Part shown: piece after piece, positions 1-9,345 of the stretch | Layout: each line of letters opens with the position of its first letter | Numbering within the stretch: position 1 is the stretch's first letter | Assembly: GCF_963922255.1 (NCBI RefSeq) | Contig: NZ_CAWUIC010000016.1 | Span: forward strand, 11,360-43,359 | Length of the DNA: 32,000 bases | Direction of reading: 5' to 3' | Source: an uncultured Flavobacterium sp. | GTDB lineage: Bacteria; Bacteroidota; Bacteroidia; Flavobacteriales; Flavobacteriaceae | Translations under genes and position numbers: made by a program | The notes under the pieces: generated by a model | What the model was told of the DNA's origin: nothing | Database searches by the model: none | What the model saw: the letters and a program-made list of their open reading frames with translations, nothing else

Positions 1-1
1 T

Positions 2-874
2 GAAATTTATGGTTTGCCTAAAATATTAAAAGATAATGGTTACAATACTGCGTTTTTTCATGGTGCATTTAACGGAAGTCAAAACTTTGATCAATATTGC
101 AAAGTAGCTGGATTTGATGCTTATTATGGCAAAAATGAATACGATGGTCCAGAAGCTTTTGATGGAAAATGGGGTATTTTTGACGAAGAATTTTTTCAGT
201 TTTATTGCCGAAAAATGTCGAGTTTCAAACAGCCTTTTTTTACTTCTATTTTTAGTATTTCATCGCACAATCCATATACAATTCCTGAAAAATATAAAGG
301 AAAATTTCCAAAAGGAACAACTAAAATTCACGAAAGCATAGCTTATTCTGATTTTGCCTTGAAGCAATTTTTTAAATCTGCCAGTAAAGAAGATTGGTTT
401 AAAAATACCATTTTCGTAATAACTGCTGATCATACTTCATCAGAACCAACAGAAGATAAATACAAAACAAACGTTGGAAAATTTAGAGTACCAATTTTAT
501 TCTATAATCCAGGAAATCCAAATTTTGGAGGCATAAATTATAAAAATGTTCAGCAAATTGACGTTATGCCATCACTAATTGACCTATTGCATATTAAAAC
601 TAAAATGGTTTCTTTTGGTAAATCTTTTCAATCTGAAAAAGACTTTGTAGTCTATTATTTGGACAATATTTACCATTATATAAAAGGTGATTATTACTTG
701 GCTTTTGATGGAAAAAAGGCTTTAGCCTTATATAATTTCAAGAAAGACGAATTAATGAAAACCAATTTACTTTCGACAGAAAAAGAAAAAACCGATGAAA
801 TGGAACGATTCATTAAAGCTTATGTACAATCGTTTAATGAACGAATTATCAATAACAAATTAACGGTTCAATAA
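2..874 (+). CDS. LtaS/sulfatase-family (alkaline-phosphatase superfamily) transferase, C-terminal part; the 5' end lies outside the window
   Basis: The frame is open from nt 2, with no in-frame stop before the track start at 14, which is only a TTG. Motifs NTAFFHG, SISSHNPY and FVITADHTS are typical of LtaS/sulfatase-like enzymes. Confidence 0.7.
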   Translation, partial: EIYGLPKILKDNGYNTAFFHGAFNGSQNFDQYCKVAGFDAYYGKNEYDGPEAFDGKWGIFDEEFFQFYCRKMSSFKQPFFTSIFSISSHNPYTIPEKYKGKFPKGTTKIHESIAYSDFALKQFFKSASKEDWFKNTIFVITADHTSSEPTEDKYKTNVGKFRVPILFYNPGNPNFGGINYKNVQQIDVMPSLIDLLHIKTKMVSFGKSFQSEKDFVVYYLDNIYHYIKGDYYLAFDGKKALALYNFKKDELMKTNLLSTEKEKTDEMERFIKAYVQSFNERIINNKLTVQ

Positions 875-1621
875 TTTTTCTTGACGTTGTAATTTCAACA
901 ATTTCGCGTATTTCATGTGTGAAAAGAAACCTTGAATTAAAGCAATTGTGATGCCGTCAATTCCATTAAAAATTCCTTTTTTCAAGAAATAACATCTAAT
1001 AAAAGCTGTCAATCCATTTATAACTGGTTTGGCTGCTCCTACTCTTTTTCCTTGGTCAAAAAGTTGTTGTGCATGCCAAGTTGAATATTGATTTTTCTTA
1101 GCTACAATTTGTTCAAATGAATCCCAACCATAATGTAGAATATGAACTGGAACTTTCTTTTCGTTAGTAGTCACAATAGATTGATGCACTTTGGCTTCAG
1201 AAGGTTTTGCTGTTTTTTTATTGAAAAATCGAACTTTATGATCGGGATACCAACCTGAAAAATCAATTAATTCATCTCCTAAAAAATTCTTTACTCGAAA
1301 CGAAAAAGCATCATAGTTTCCGATTAAATATTTTTCATCTAAAATGAATTTTTCAGCATCTTTATCCAAAAATTCATCAGCATCTAGATTTAAAATCCAA
1401 TCGTTTTTGCAATATGGCAAACCATGTGTCCGTTGTGGTCCATCACCCAAAAAAGCTTGAGAAATCACTTTTGCTCCTTTAGATTCAGCAATTTCAACCG
1501 TTTTATCTTTACTCAATGAATCAACAATGATAACTTCATCACAAACTTTGAACAAAGCATCTATGCATTTTCCAATGTTTTTTTCTTCATTAAATGTAAT
1601 AACCAAACCGCTGATTGCCAT
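860..1621 (-). CDS. Glycosyltransferase family 2 (KdtX/WaaE-like LPS-core type)
   Basis: The N-terminus GLVITFNEEKNI...IIVDSLSKDKT and the DxD segment DWILNLDADEF form a GT-A/GT2 signature. Size is 253 aa. Confidence 0.8.
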   Translation of the reverse strand: MAISGLVITFNEEKNIGKCIDALFKVCDEVIIVDSLSKDKTVEIAESKGAKVISQAFLGDGPQRTHGLPYCKNDWILNLDADEFLDKDAEKFILDEKYLIGNYDAFSFRVKNFLGDELIDFSGWYPDHKVRFFNKKTAKPSEAKVHQSIVTTNEKKVPVHILHYGWDSFEQIVAKKNQYSTWHAQQLFDQGKRVGAAKPVINGLTAFIRCYFLKKGIFNGIDGITIALIQGFFSHMKYAKLLKLQRQEKLLNR

Positions 1622-1640
1622 ATTTTGAATTTTATAAGCA

Positions 1641-1648
1641 CAAAAATA
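1641..1648 (-). promoter_or_regulatory. Bacteroidota-type -7 promoter box (TAnnTTTG) for the GT2 gene 860-1621
   Basis: Plus strand CAAAAATA equals minus strand TATTTTTG, an exact match to TAnnTTTG. It lies 19 nt upstream of the start codon. Confidence 0.35.
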
Positions 1649-1713
1649 CTGTTTTTATTTAAAGTTTTTAACTTTCAGTTTACTTATGTACTTTAGCACT
1701 TTAATTAAGAAAA

Positions 1714-2778
1714 ATGAAAATTTTAATCATTCAACAAAAACGAATTGGTGATGTTTTAACTAGTTCAATCTTAGCCAATAGTCTAAAAGACCATTATCCA
1801 AATGCAACAATTGATTATATGTGCTATGCCAATTGTGTGGATGTTTTAAAAGAAAACGAAGCAATTTCTAACATAATAGTTTTGGAACAAAAAGTTAGAA
1901 AAAACTACCTTTCATTATTTAAATTCATTTTTAAAATTAGAAGTCAGAAATATGATGTTGTTATTGATGCTTACAGTAAATTAGAGACCAATTTAATTAC
2001 CTTTTTTTCCGGTGCTAAATATAAAATATCTTATGAAAAAGGCTATTCAAAAATATTTTATAATCACAACATCAAACGATTACCAAACGGTACAAAAAGC
2101 AACTATGGTTTAGCGATTGAAAATAGATTGGCTTTATTAAAACCATTAATCAAAGAGGAAATCACTGATTTTAAACCGAAAATTTTTCTTTCTAATTCTG
2201 AAATTGAAGCTGCCAAAAAAACAATTATAGAAGCACATATTCCACAAAACCAACCTTTATTTATGATTGGTATTTTGGGAAGTGAATGGTACAAAACGTA
2301 TCCTTTAGAAAAAATGGCTGAATTGTTAGATTACACCGTTGAAAAAACGAATGCTTCTTTGTTATTTAATTATATACCAAATCAAAAAGAAGATGCTTTG
2401 AAGCTTTATAATTTGTGTAACGAAAAAACACAACAAGCTATTTTCTTTAACATTTATGGAAAAAGTCTTCGTGAATTTTTAGGTTTATTATCACAATGCA
2501 ATGCTTTGATTGGCAATGAAGGTGGTTCAGTAAATATGGCAAAAGCGTTGTTTGTTCCAACGTTTTCGTTGTTTTCACCAAGTGTTGATAAGGAAACTTG
2601 GCAGATTTTTGAAGACGAAAAGAACATTTCCATTCATTTAAAAGATTTAAAACCAGAAATTTATGCTGAACATGATGAGAAATTCATCAAAGAACATACG
2701 TTTAAATACTTTGAAGAATATCCAATTGAGCTGATTAAGGAGAAATTGGATGCTTTTTTTGAGGAGATTGATTTATAA
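1714..2778 (+). CDS. Glycosyltransferase family 9 (ADP-heptose:LPS heptosyltransferase-like)
   Basis: The N-terminus MKILIIQQKRIGDVLTSS and the C-terminal GNEGGSVNMAKAL are GT9 hallmarks. Size is 354 aa. Confidence 0.85.
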   Translation: MKILIIQQKRIGDVLTSSILANSLKDHYPNATIDYMCYANCVDVLKENEAISNIIVLEQKVRKNYLSLFKFIFKIRSQKYDVVIDAYSKLETNLITFFSGAKYKISYEKGYSKIFYNHNIKRLPNGTKSNYGLAIENRLALLKPLIKEEITDFKPKIFLSNSEIEAAKKTIIEAHIPQNQPLFMIGILGSEWYKTYPLEKMAELLDYTVEKTNASLLFNYIPNQKEDALKLYNLCNEKTQQAIFFNIYGKSLREFLGLLSQCNALIGNEGGSVNMAKALFVPTFSLFSPSVDKETWQIFEDEKNISIHLKDLKPEIYAEHDEKFIKEHTFKYFEEYPIELIKEKLDAFFEEIDL

Positions 2779-2788
2779 ATATTTTTTG

Positions 2789-3559
2789 ATGAAAATAACT
2801 TACTTTATTTTATTTATAATATTTTCAAACTTAACTTTTTCTCAAAAAATATTTGAAGGAGAGCTAATATATACTTATAAAATAAATTTAACTGATACAA
2901 TTAAATTTAAAACTCCTAAGAAATTTTTAAAGAAAGGAAAGGAAACAAAAGTAACAGAAAGTGATTTAAAAAATTCTTCCGAGTTTTATGATACTATTCG
3001 AATAAAATACAAAAATGGTAATTACATAATTAACAAAAATGACAAAAAGAATCTAACTTTAATTTTGTTTGATAGTCTCGAAGAAGCAGTTAAAATATTT
3101 CCTAAAGAAAAAACTTTAATAAAATTTTATTTAAATACTAATAGAGAAATTAAAAATAACTCATTTGAGGACTTTAAAGAAATCATTTCAAAAGATACAA
3201 TTTATAAAAATTTTGGAACTTGTAAATATTATAAATTAATTTATGAATTTGGTGAAGAAGAATTTATTATTAATGAAAGTTTTGACAAATTAATGATTAA
3301 TAAAAATATTTTGTCTGAAAATTATTTAAATCAATATTACACTAATGAAGTATCAAATTTTATTAACAAATCAATTTTGTTATACTATTCTAAATACAGT
3401 AATAATTTAAAATTTGATAAAATTGAAACTTCTTTAGTATGTATAATAAAAAAAGAGATTAATGATAAAGAATTTCAACTTCCTAACCATGTTGAAGATT
3501 TTGAAATGAGCAAAATTATGCCAAATAGTAAGACAAAATATTATTTGATTAAAGACTAG
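2789..3559 (+). CDS. Hypothetical secreted protein, extremely K/N/I-rich
   Basis: It is a long ORF. The start at Met14 (2789) gives a signal peptide MKITYFILFIIFSNLTFSQ and removes the overlap with the GT9 gene. I recognised no family motif. Confidence 0.55.
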   Translation: MKITYFILFIIFSNLTFSQKIFEGELIYTYKINLTDTIKFKTPKKFLKKGKETKVTESDLKNSSEFYDTIRIKYKNGNYIINKNDKKNLTLILFDSLEEAVKIFPKEKTLIKFYLNTNREIKNNSFEDFKEIISKDTIYKNFGTCKYYKLIYEFGEEEFIINESFDKLMINKNILSENYLNQYYTNEVSNFINKSILLYYSKYSNNLKFDKIETSLVCIIKKEINDKEFQLPNHVEDFEMSKIMPNSKTKYYLIKD

Positions 3560-4377
3560 GAATTAATATACTGCGAAATTCCCTTTTCAATGGCAGTTAT
3601 ATTATGTTTTTTATTATATGCTCTGATAGCAAAATTTTTCTCCCAAGTTTCTTTGGTGGCATAACCTCTTTTATGATCTAAATGCAAACAAATAGCTTGA
3701 TAGCGAATTTGTTTTGCCAAAACACCAAAATTGAATAAACGTTCTCCAACTTCTCTATCTAAACCACCATATTGCATTTCTTCGTTGAAACCATTTACAG
3801 CGATTAAATCACTTTTAAAACAAGAAGTATTGTGACCATTGAAGGTTTTCTTGGTTGGAGTTATCCAATTCATAAAAATAGCAAAATACTTATTATGTGT
3901 CAGTTTTGTTAACTTAAAACTTTTTTTAACTCCATTTTTAATCAACCAAGATGTTGAAAAACAATTTTGCATTTTTATATCTTCAAATGAAATAGTTTTT
4001 GAAGTTATCATTGGTAATTTAAAATAACCACCAGAAAGAAAATATCCTTTTTCTTGAAATTTCAGATGTTGAGCCACAAAATCTTTCCTTGGAATACAAT
4101 CTCCATCTGTGAATAATAAATACTCTGAATTAGTTTTAAGTATGGCTTTATTTAGAATTTTACATTTTTGAAAACCATTGTCTTCTTGCCAAACATGAAC
4201 AATTGGAAACTTATATTTAGTTTGAAAAGACTGAATTACATCCTTAGTTTTATCATTAGAACCATCATCAGCAACAACAACTTCAAAATCATTCTCGGTT
4301 TGATGGCAATAGCCTTCGAGAACTTTTGATAGCCATTCTTCTGAATTGTAAGTAGTAATGATTACGGATACCTTCAT
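3556..4377 (-). CDS. Glycosyltransferase family 2
   Basis: Motifs VSVIITTYNSEEWL, VVADDGSNDKT and FTDGDCI (DxD). It is a paralog of 5244-6047, sharing HVW.ED.G.QK.KI.NKAI and the C-terminal IEKGI.QYI. Confidence 0.8.
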   Translation of the reverse strand: MKVSVIITTYNSEEWLSKVLEGYCHQTENDFEVVVADDGSNDKTKDVIQSFQTKYKFPIVHVWQEDNGFQKCKILNKAILKTNSEYLLFTDGDCIPRKDFVAQHLKFQEKGYFLSGGYFKLPMITSKTISFEDIKMQNCFSTSWLIKNGVKKSFKLTKLTHNKYFAIFMNWITPTKKTFNGHNTSCFKSDLIAVNGFNEEMQYGGLDREVGERLFNFGVLAKQIRYQAICLHLDHKRGYATKETWEKNFAIRAYNKKHNITAIEKGISQYINS

Positions 4378-4402
4378 GAAAACTATTAAGTTTGGAAAAT
4401 TA

Positions 4403-5188
4403 CTATTTTTTCCAAAACTTTAACCTCTTTTTTATCCTTTTTTTTCGGTAAAAACGATATTGAAAATCTTTAGTCAAGTTCCACATAGTCGTAAAAACTT
4501 TATCTTCATCGATTCCTGAAAGTTTTGCATATTCGTTACTCATTATAGCAACCATATCTTCTTTTGGAGTAATTTTAGAAAGATTTTTCATTCGAGTTTC
4601 AAAATTCATTGAATCATGAAATTTCATTCTGTTTAAATCCACTAAATAAAAATCATATTTACCTTCAGGTTTTTTGATAATCAGTGTGTTTCCTGGTGAA
4701 TGATCTAAAAATTCAATTCCTTTTTCATGCATCAAAAACGTGAATTGGGTAAACTGACGTAATATATTTTCTGCATCTGGATAATCGGTTTCAACTAATT
4801 CACGATACGTTAAATCGCATTGTAAATGTTCACTTACGTAGTAACTATTTTTTAATCCTAAAAAAGAAGAATTTTCAAAATAAGCAATTGGTTTTGGAGT
4901 TCCAATATTATTCTTTAATAAATGATTTGCATATTCGAACGAGCGTTGAGCTTTAGATTTTCTAAAATATCGGTAAGCAATTTTATTAATTAAATTAGGT
5001 TCTTTAAACGATTTTACATTTAAAGTTAACTTATTTAACTCAAAAAGTTTAATGGTATTTCTGTTTCCTTTTATGAATATTTGACCCGAATTATCGAAAT
5101 TCTTGATGAAATTTTCAATTTGTTCTTTCTTTTCTAAAAAGGTATCGTTTAGTTTGTACACCATTATTTTTTTTTCAAAATTATGCAT
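4403..5188 (-). CDS. Lipopolysaccharide/Kdo kinase family protein (protein-kinase-like fold)
   Basis: It has a catalytic-loop-like LDHSPGNTLI and a DFG-like YLVDLNRM, with size and context inside an LPS-core cluster. The start could instead be Met9 (5164). Confidence 0.6.
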   Translation of the reverse strand: MHNFEKKIMVYKLNDTFLEKKEQIENFIKNFDNSGQIFIKGNRNTIKLFELNKLTLNVKSFKEPNLINKIAYRYFRKSKAQRSFEYANHLLKNNIGTPKPIAYFENSSFLGLKNSYYVSEHLQCDLTYRELVETDYPDAENILRQFTQFTFLMHEKGIEFLDHSPGNTLIIKKPEGKYDFYLVDLNRMKFHDSMNFETRMKNLSKITPKEDMVAIMSNEYAKLSGIDEDKVFTTMWNLTKDFQYRFYRKKRIKKRLKFWKK

Positions 5189-5243
5189 ACAATTTAATTA
5201 AACCAATATTTTAGGTATTTTTACCAAAAAATAAATCAAAAAA

Positions 5244-6047
5244 ATGAGTTTATTACCAAAATCATCCCTTGTAACTCCAACTTATAATTGGCCAGAAGCT
5301 TTAGAACTTTTACTTTTAAGCATAAAGAATCAAAGCGTTTTACCAAATGAAGTTATAATTGCTGATGATGGTTCAAGAGAGGAAACTACTCAATTGATTC
5401 AAAAATTTCAAACTGATTTTCCGGTGCCTTTAATTCATGTTTGGCACGAAGACAATGGCAATCAGAAACCAAAAATCATGAACAAAGCAATTGCAAAAGC
5501 TAAACATGATTACATTATAGAAATTGATGGTGACATTATTATGCACAAAGATTTTGTAAAAGACCATTTGACTTATGCCGAAAAAGGACTTTATTTATTT
5601 GGTTCAAGAGTAAATATTCAAAAAGATATTTTAAAAACTATTTTTGATAAAAAGATAATCAACTTTGGTTTTTTCGCTAAAGGCATTAAAAAAAGAACTA
5701 GAACTGTTCGTTTTCCATTATTTATGAAATATGCTAAAATTCACGAAGAACGTTCAGGAAAATTGAGAGGTTGTAATATGTCTTTTTGGAGAGAAGATTT
5801 CATTAAAATCAACGGTTTTAATGAAGGTTTAGTAGGTTGGGGAATTGATGATTCTGAAATGATTCAACGTTTACATAATATTGGAATTAAAGGAAAAAGG
5901 TTGAAACAAACAGCTATTGCTTATCATATTTATCATAAAGAACAAGATAAAAACAACCTTGAAATTAATAATGCAATAGAAAAAGAAACCACTGAAAAAA
6001 GAATTACCTTTATTGAAAAAGGGATAAATCAATATATTTGTAACTAA
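5244..6047 (+). CDS. Glycosyltransferase family 2
   Basis: Motifs TPTYNWPEAL, IIADDGSREET and EIDGDII (DxD). It is a paralog of 3556-4377. Confidence 0.8.
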   Translation: MSLLPKSSLVTPTYNWPEALELLLLSIKNQSVLPNEVIIADDGSREETTQLIQKFQTDFPVPLIHVWHEDNGNQKPKIMNKAIAKAKHDYIIEIDGDIIMHKDFVKDHLTYAEKGLYLFGSRVNIQKDILKTIFDKKIINFGFFAKGIKKRTRTVRFPLFMKYAKIHEERSGKLRGCNMSFWREDFIKINGFNEGLVGWGIDDSEMIQRLHNIGIKGKRLKQTAIAYHIYHKEQDKNNLEINNAIEKETTEKRITFIEKGINQYICN

Positions 6048-7153
6048 CTTACACCCACTAATTTTTGATATTCTTCTAAAGTTTTCTGAGCAATATATTT
6101 TGCAGTGAAGTGTTCTTTTATTATTGCTTTTCCTTTTTCGGAGAATTGTTTTTGCAATTCTTTATTATCTAGTAATTTCTGTAATTTTTCAGCTAAAGAT
6201 TTACTGTCTTTTATGTCAGCTATAAAACCATTTTCTCCATCAATAATAATATCAGAAACAACACCAACTTTAGTGGAAACTATTGGAATTCCAATCAACA
6301 TAGCTTCTAATAAGGATGTTGGACCACCTTCACGTTGAGAAGTTAGTAAAAACGCATCAAATTGCGTATTTAAAGAAGAAGCATTTTTAATTTTATCCAT
6401 AAAAACTATCTCCTTGAAAACTCTTTTTTCAATAGCATACTGTTTTAAACTATCAGTTTTTTTAGAAAATTCACCAACTTGAATAAACACTATATCATTT
6501 CTTTTCAGATTATATTTTAATTCAGCAAGTGAATCAATTAAAGTGAATAAATCTTTCGCATTTGTATGATTGGCAATATTTCCAACAATAAATTTATCCT
6601 TTGGAATATTATATAAGTCTCTAATATTTATTTTACTAGATTTATCCAAAATATTTAAAGAAACACTATCATTGATAACAACAGTTTTGTTTAACGTTTT
6701 TTCGTTTAAAGTTTTACCAAAAGAATCTTGAACCATTTTTGAAACACAAATTATAGAGTCAATTCTTTTACTATTATATTTTAATTTACTCAAAAAACTA
6801 CCACTAACACCAACACCTTTTTTTGAAAAAATTAATTTTGTTTTAAACCTATAAATGAAATTTGAAATTAAAAAGAACATTAGTGAATCACTTGTATGCA
6901 AATGAACTATATCAGGTTTATGATTTTTAATTGTTTCTGCTAAATGCTTATAATTAGAAAATTTATTAAGTTTTCTTGTTTTACAAGCTAAAAAAGGTAT
7001 ATTTATTTTACTACATTCGCTTTGTAAAACCGACCTATTAAGTCCATAAACAATATTTTCAATATTTAATCCGTTTAACTGTGGCACTATATAGATTATC
7101 TGTTGCTCATTTCCTCCCCAACCTTTTGCTCCAGATATATGTAGTATTTTCAT
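6044..7153 (-). CDS. Glycosyltransferase family 4 (GT-B fold)
   Basis: The N-terminus is MKILHISGAKGWGGNEQQ. The C-terminal EGGPTSLLEAMLIGIPIVSTKVG...DGENGF is the GT4 nucleotide-sugar binding region. Confidence 0.8.
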   Translation of the reverse strand: MKILHISGAKGWGGNEQQIIYIVPQLNGLNIENIVYGLNRSVLQSECSKINIPFLACKTRKLNKFSNYKHLAETIKNHKPDIVHLHTSDSLMFFLISNFIYRFKTKLIFSKKGVGVSGSFLSKLKYNSKRIDSIICVSKMVQDSFGKTLNEKTLNKTVVINDSVSLNILDKSSKINIRDLYNIPKDKFIVGNIANHTNAKDLFTLIDSLAELKYNLKRNDIVFIQVGEFSKKTDSLKQYAIEKRVFKEIVFMDKIKNASSLNTQFDAFLLTSQREGGPTSLLEAMLIGIPIVSTKVGVVSDIIIDGENGFIADIKDSKSLAEKLQKLLDNKELQKQFSEKGKAIIKEHFTAKYIAQKTLEEYQKLVGVS

Positions 7154-7249
7154 AAAATTATTTGTTACTTTGCCTACGTAATTTTTTGTAAAAATATATA
7201 AAATAAATTGCAGTTACAAAAGAGAAGTAAACAAAAAATAAACTAAAAA

Positions 7250-8167
7250 ATGCTAGATTTATCTATTGTTATTATAAATTACAATACAAGTAACTATACT
7301 ATTAAATGTATAGAAAGCATTTTTGAACATACTTCTGAAGATTTAAATTACAATATAAAGATTGTTGATAATCACTCTAGCAAAGGAGATGTTAACAACC
7401 TTGAACACTATTTAAAAAATTTAAATAACCCTAAAATTTCCTTTTTAAAAAATCATATTAATGTTGGATTTGGAGGAGGAAACATGATTGGTTGTCAATT
7501 TTCGGATGCAACTTATTATGCTTTTGTAAACAATGATTCATTGCTTCTAAATGATTGTTTTACTATCATTATAAATCAAATGAAAAAAAATGATGAATAT
7601 GGAATTTGTGGGCCTCAAAGTTATAAAGAAGATGGAAAATTATTACCAACTTTAGATCACTTTTCCTCTCCATTAAAAGAGTTGTTTGGAAGATATTTTT
7701 TAGAAAAAATTAATCCAAGAAAATACCCCAATAGAAAAATCGAATACAAAAGTCCTAAACGTGGACAGTTTGTATCAGGAAGCTTTATGGTGGTGAAATC
7801 GGAAGATTTTTGGAATGTAGGTGGATTTGATACCAACATTTTTTTATATCATGAAGAAACTGATTTATGTATTCGTTTGGCTAAAATAAAAAAATATGCT
7901 TACCTGATTCCTGAAGCAAAATTTATTCATTTTCATGGAGCTAGTACACCTAAGTCTATTGAAATTAAAACAGAATTAAAAGTTTCTTTACTTTATATAA
8001 TTAGAAAACATTATGGTTATATAAACTATAGAATTATATTACTTTTTCTTCAAATAAAGTATTTTATAAAGAGTATAAGAAAACCTAAATACTGGTATTT
8101 GTTTAATATCTTATTTAGAGGTGGAAGATTAACAGATTCATTGAAGCATAAGCAAAATAATAAATAG
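7250..8167 (+). CDS. Glycosyltransferase family 2 (rhamnosyltransferase-like)
   Basis: Motifs LSIVIINYNTSNYT, IVDNHSS, FVNNDS and YHEETDLCIRL. It has a hydrophobic C-terminal tail. Confidence 0.8.
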   Translation: MLDLSIVIINYNTSNYTIKCIESIFEHTSEDLNYNIKIVDNHSSKGDVNNLEHYLKNLNNPKISFLKNHINVGFGGGNMIGCQFSDATYYAFVNNDSLLLNDCFTIIINQMKKNDEYGICGPQSYKEDGKLLPTLDHFSSPLKELFGRYFLEKINPRKYPNRKIEYKSPKRGQFVSGSFMVVKSEDFWNVGGFDTNIFLYHEETDLCIRLAKIKKYAYLIPEAKFIHFHGASTPKSIEIKTELKVSLLYIIRKHYGYINYRIILLFLQIKYFIKSIRKPKYWYLFNILFRGGRLTDSLKHKQNNK

Positions 8168-8173
8168 AAATTT

Positions 8174-9343
8174 ATGACTCTTCTTAAAAGGCTTTTTAAC
8201 AAGGAAATTCATTTTGAATTTGGTTCTCTATTTAATAGTGGTCTTTATGATTCAAATAGAAAAACTGTTATTATCGTTACTGGAACGATTCCAACTTTTG
8301 ATAAAGATTCAGGTTCAAATAGATTAAAAGAAATTATTCTTTCTTACAAACAATTAAACTACAATTGTATATTGTGTTACCAATCATCAGGTAATGACGA
8401 AAAATACATTGAATTTTTCAATAATAAAGGAGTTCTTTTATATTCAGAATTAGAAAATAAAAACAAACTAATATCATTATTAAAAACTATTCCTAAAGTT
8501 GATTTCACATGGTTTTATGGACCTAACACTTTAACAAAGCACTATAAAATCTTTAAAAAAATATTGCCAAATTCAAAATCTATCTATGATATGGTCGATA
8601 TTCACTTTCTAAGGTATAAAAGAGCCATTGAATTAAATCCTAAACGAATTTCATTAAAAAAAAGATATAAGAAGTACTTTAAAATTGAAACTGTTTTAGC
8701 TAAAAAAGTTGACGTAATAATATCAATTTCTGAACAAGAAAAAGAAGTTATGTCTGCTTATGTTGACAAAAACAAAATTATTACAATTTCAAATATTCAT
8801 TATATAAAGGTTGAATTACAAAAAACATCTTCATATGAAGATAGAGAAAATATTTTGTTTATAGGTTCTGCACATACTCCAAATATAGATGCATTATACT
8901 TTTTAAAAGACAAAATAATGCCTTCAGTATGGAAAAAATTACCAGAACTTAAAGTAGATATCATTGGTAATTTAGATAAAGAAATTTCAGATATAAAACA
9001 TCCAAATATTATTTTTCATGGCTATGTTCCAGAAATTGAAACCTATTTTAATTCTGCGAAATTTATGATTGCTCCTTTACGTTATGGTGCTGGTGTAAAA
9101 GGTAAAATTGGTCAATCTTTTGAGTATCATTTACCATTAATAACTACTAATATTGGAGCAGAAGGAATGTTTTTAAAACACAACGAAAATGCATTAATAG
9201 CTAACAATGCTGAAGATTTCGCTAATGAAATAATCAACCTTTATGAAAACAAAAATCTTTGGCTAAAACTTCAAAATAATTCTGAAGATAGTTTGAAACC
9301 ATTTTCAAGAGAAATTTTAAAAGAAACATTAAAAAAAATATAG
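8174..9343 (+). CDS. GT-B fold glycosyltransferase (GT4-like)
   Basis: Motifs FDKDSGSNRLKEI near the N-terminus and GAGVKGKIGQSFEYHLPLITTNIGAEGM near the C-terminus. It is collinear with the C-terminal half of 9346-11385. Confidence 0.7.
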   Translation: MTLLKRLFNKEIHFEFGSLFNSGLYDSNRKTVIIVTGTIPTFDKDSGSNRLKEIILSYKQLNYNCILCYQSSGNDEKYIEFFNNKGVLLYSELENKNKLISLLKTIPKVDFTWFYGPNTLTKHYKIFKKILPNSKSIYDMVDIHFLRYKRAIELNPKRISLKKRYKKYFKIETVLAKKVDVIISISEQEKEVMSAYVDKNKIITISNIHYIKVELQKTSSYEDRENILFIGSAHTPNIDALYFLKDKIMPSVWKKLPELKVDIIGNLDKEISDIKHPNIIFHGYVPEIETYFNSAKFMIAPLRYGAGVKGKIGQSFEYHLPLITTNIGAEGMFLKHNENALIANNAEDFANEIINLYENKNLWLKLQNNSEDSLKPFSREILKETLKKI

Positions 9344-9345
9344 TT

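Noticed and set aside
114-341. Short track ORFs nested in or antisense to long, motif-bearing genes: 114-341, 2103-2294, 3839-4027, 6105-6338, 7657-7839, 9234-9425, 15751-15969, 17262-17456, 25774-25992, 28380-28625 and 30598-30804.
   Set aside because: Each lies entirely inside, or mostly overlaps, a longer ORF with clear family motifs. Their translations are low-complexity with no recognisable motif. Such shadow ORFs are expected in AT-rich DNA.
2750-2788. The tracked ATG start at 2750 for the secreted hypothetical protein.
   Set aside because: It would overlap the last 29 nt of the GT9 gene and would place 13 residues ahead of an otherwise canonical signal peptide that begins at Met14 (2789).
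7184-7221. An 8-bp inverted repeat TTTTGTAA / TTACAAAA in the divergent spacer 7154-7249.
   Set aside because: The arms are short and AT-rich with a 22-nt loop, which is within chance expectation.
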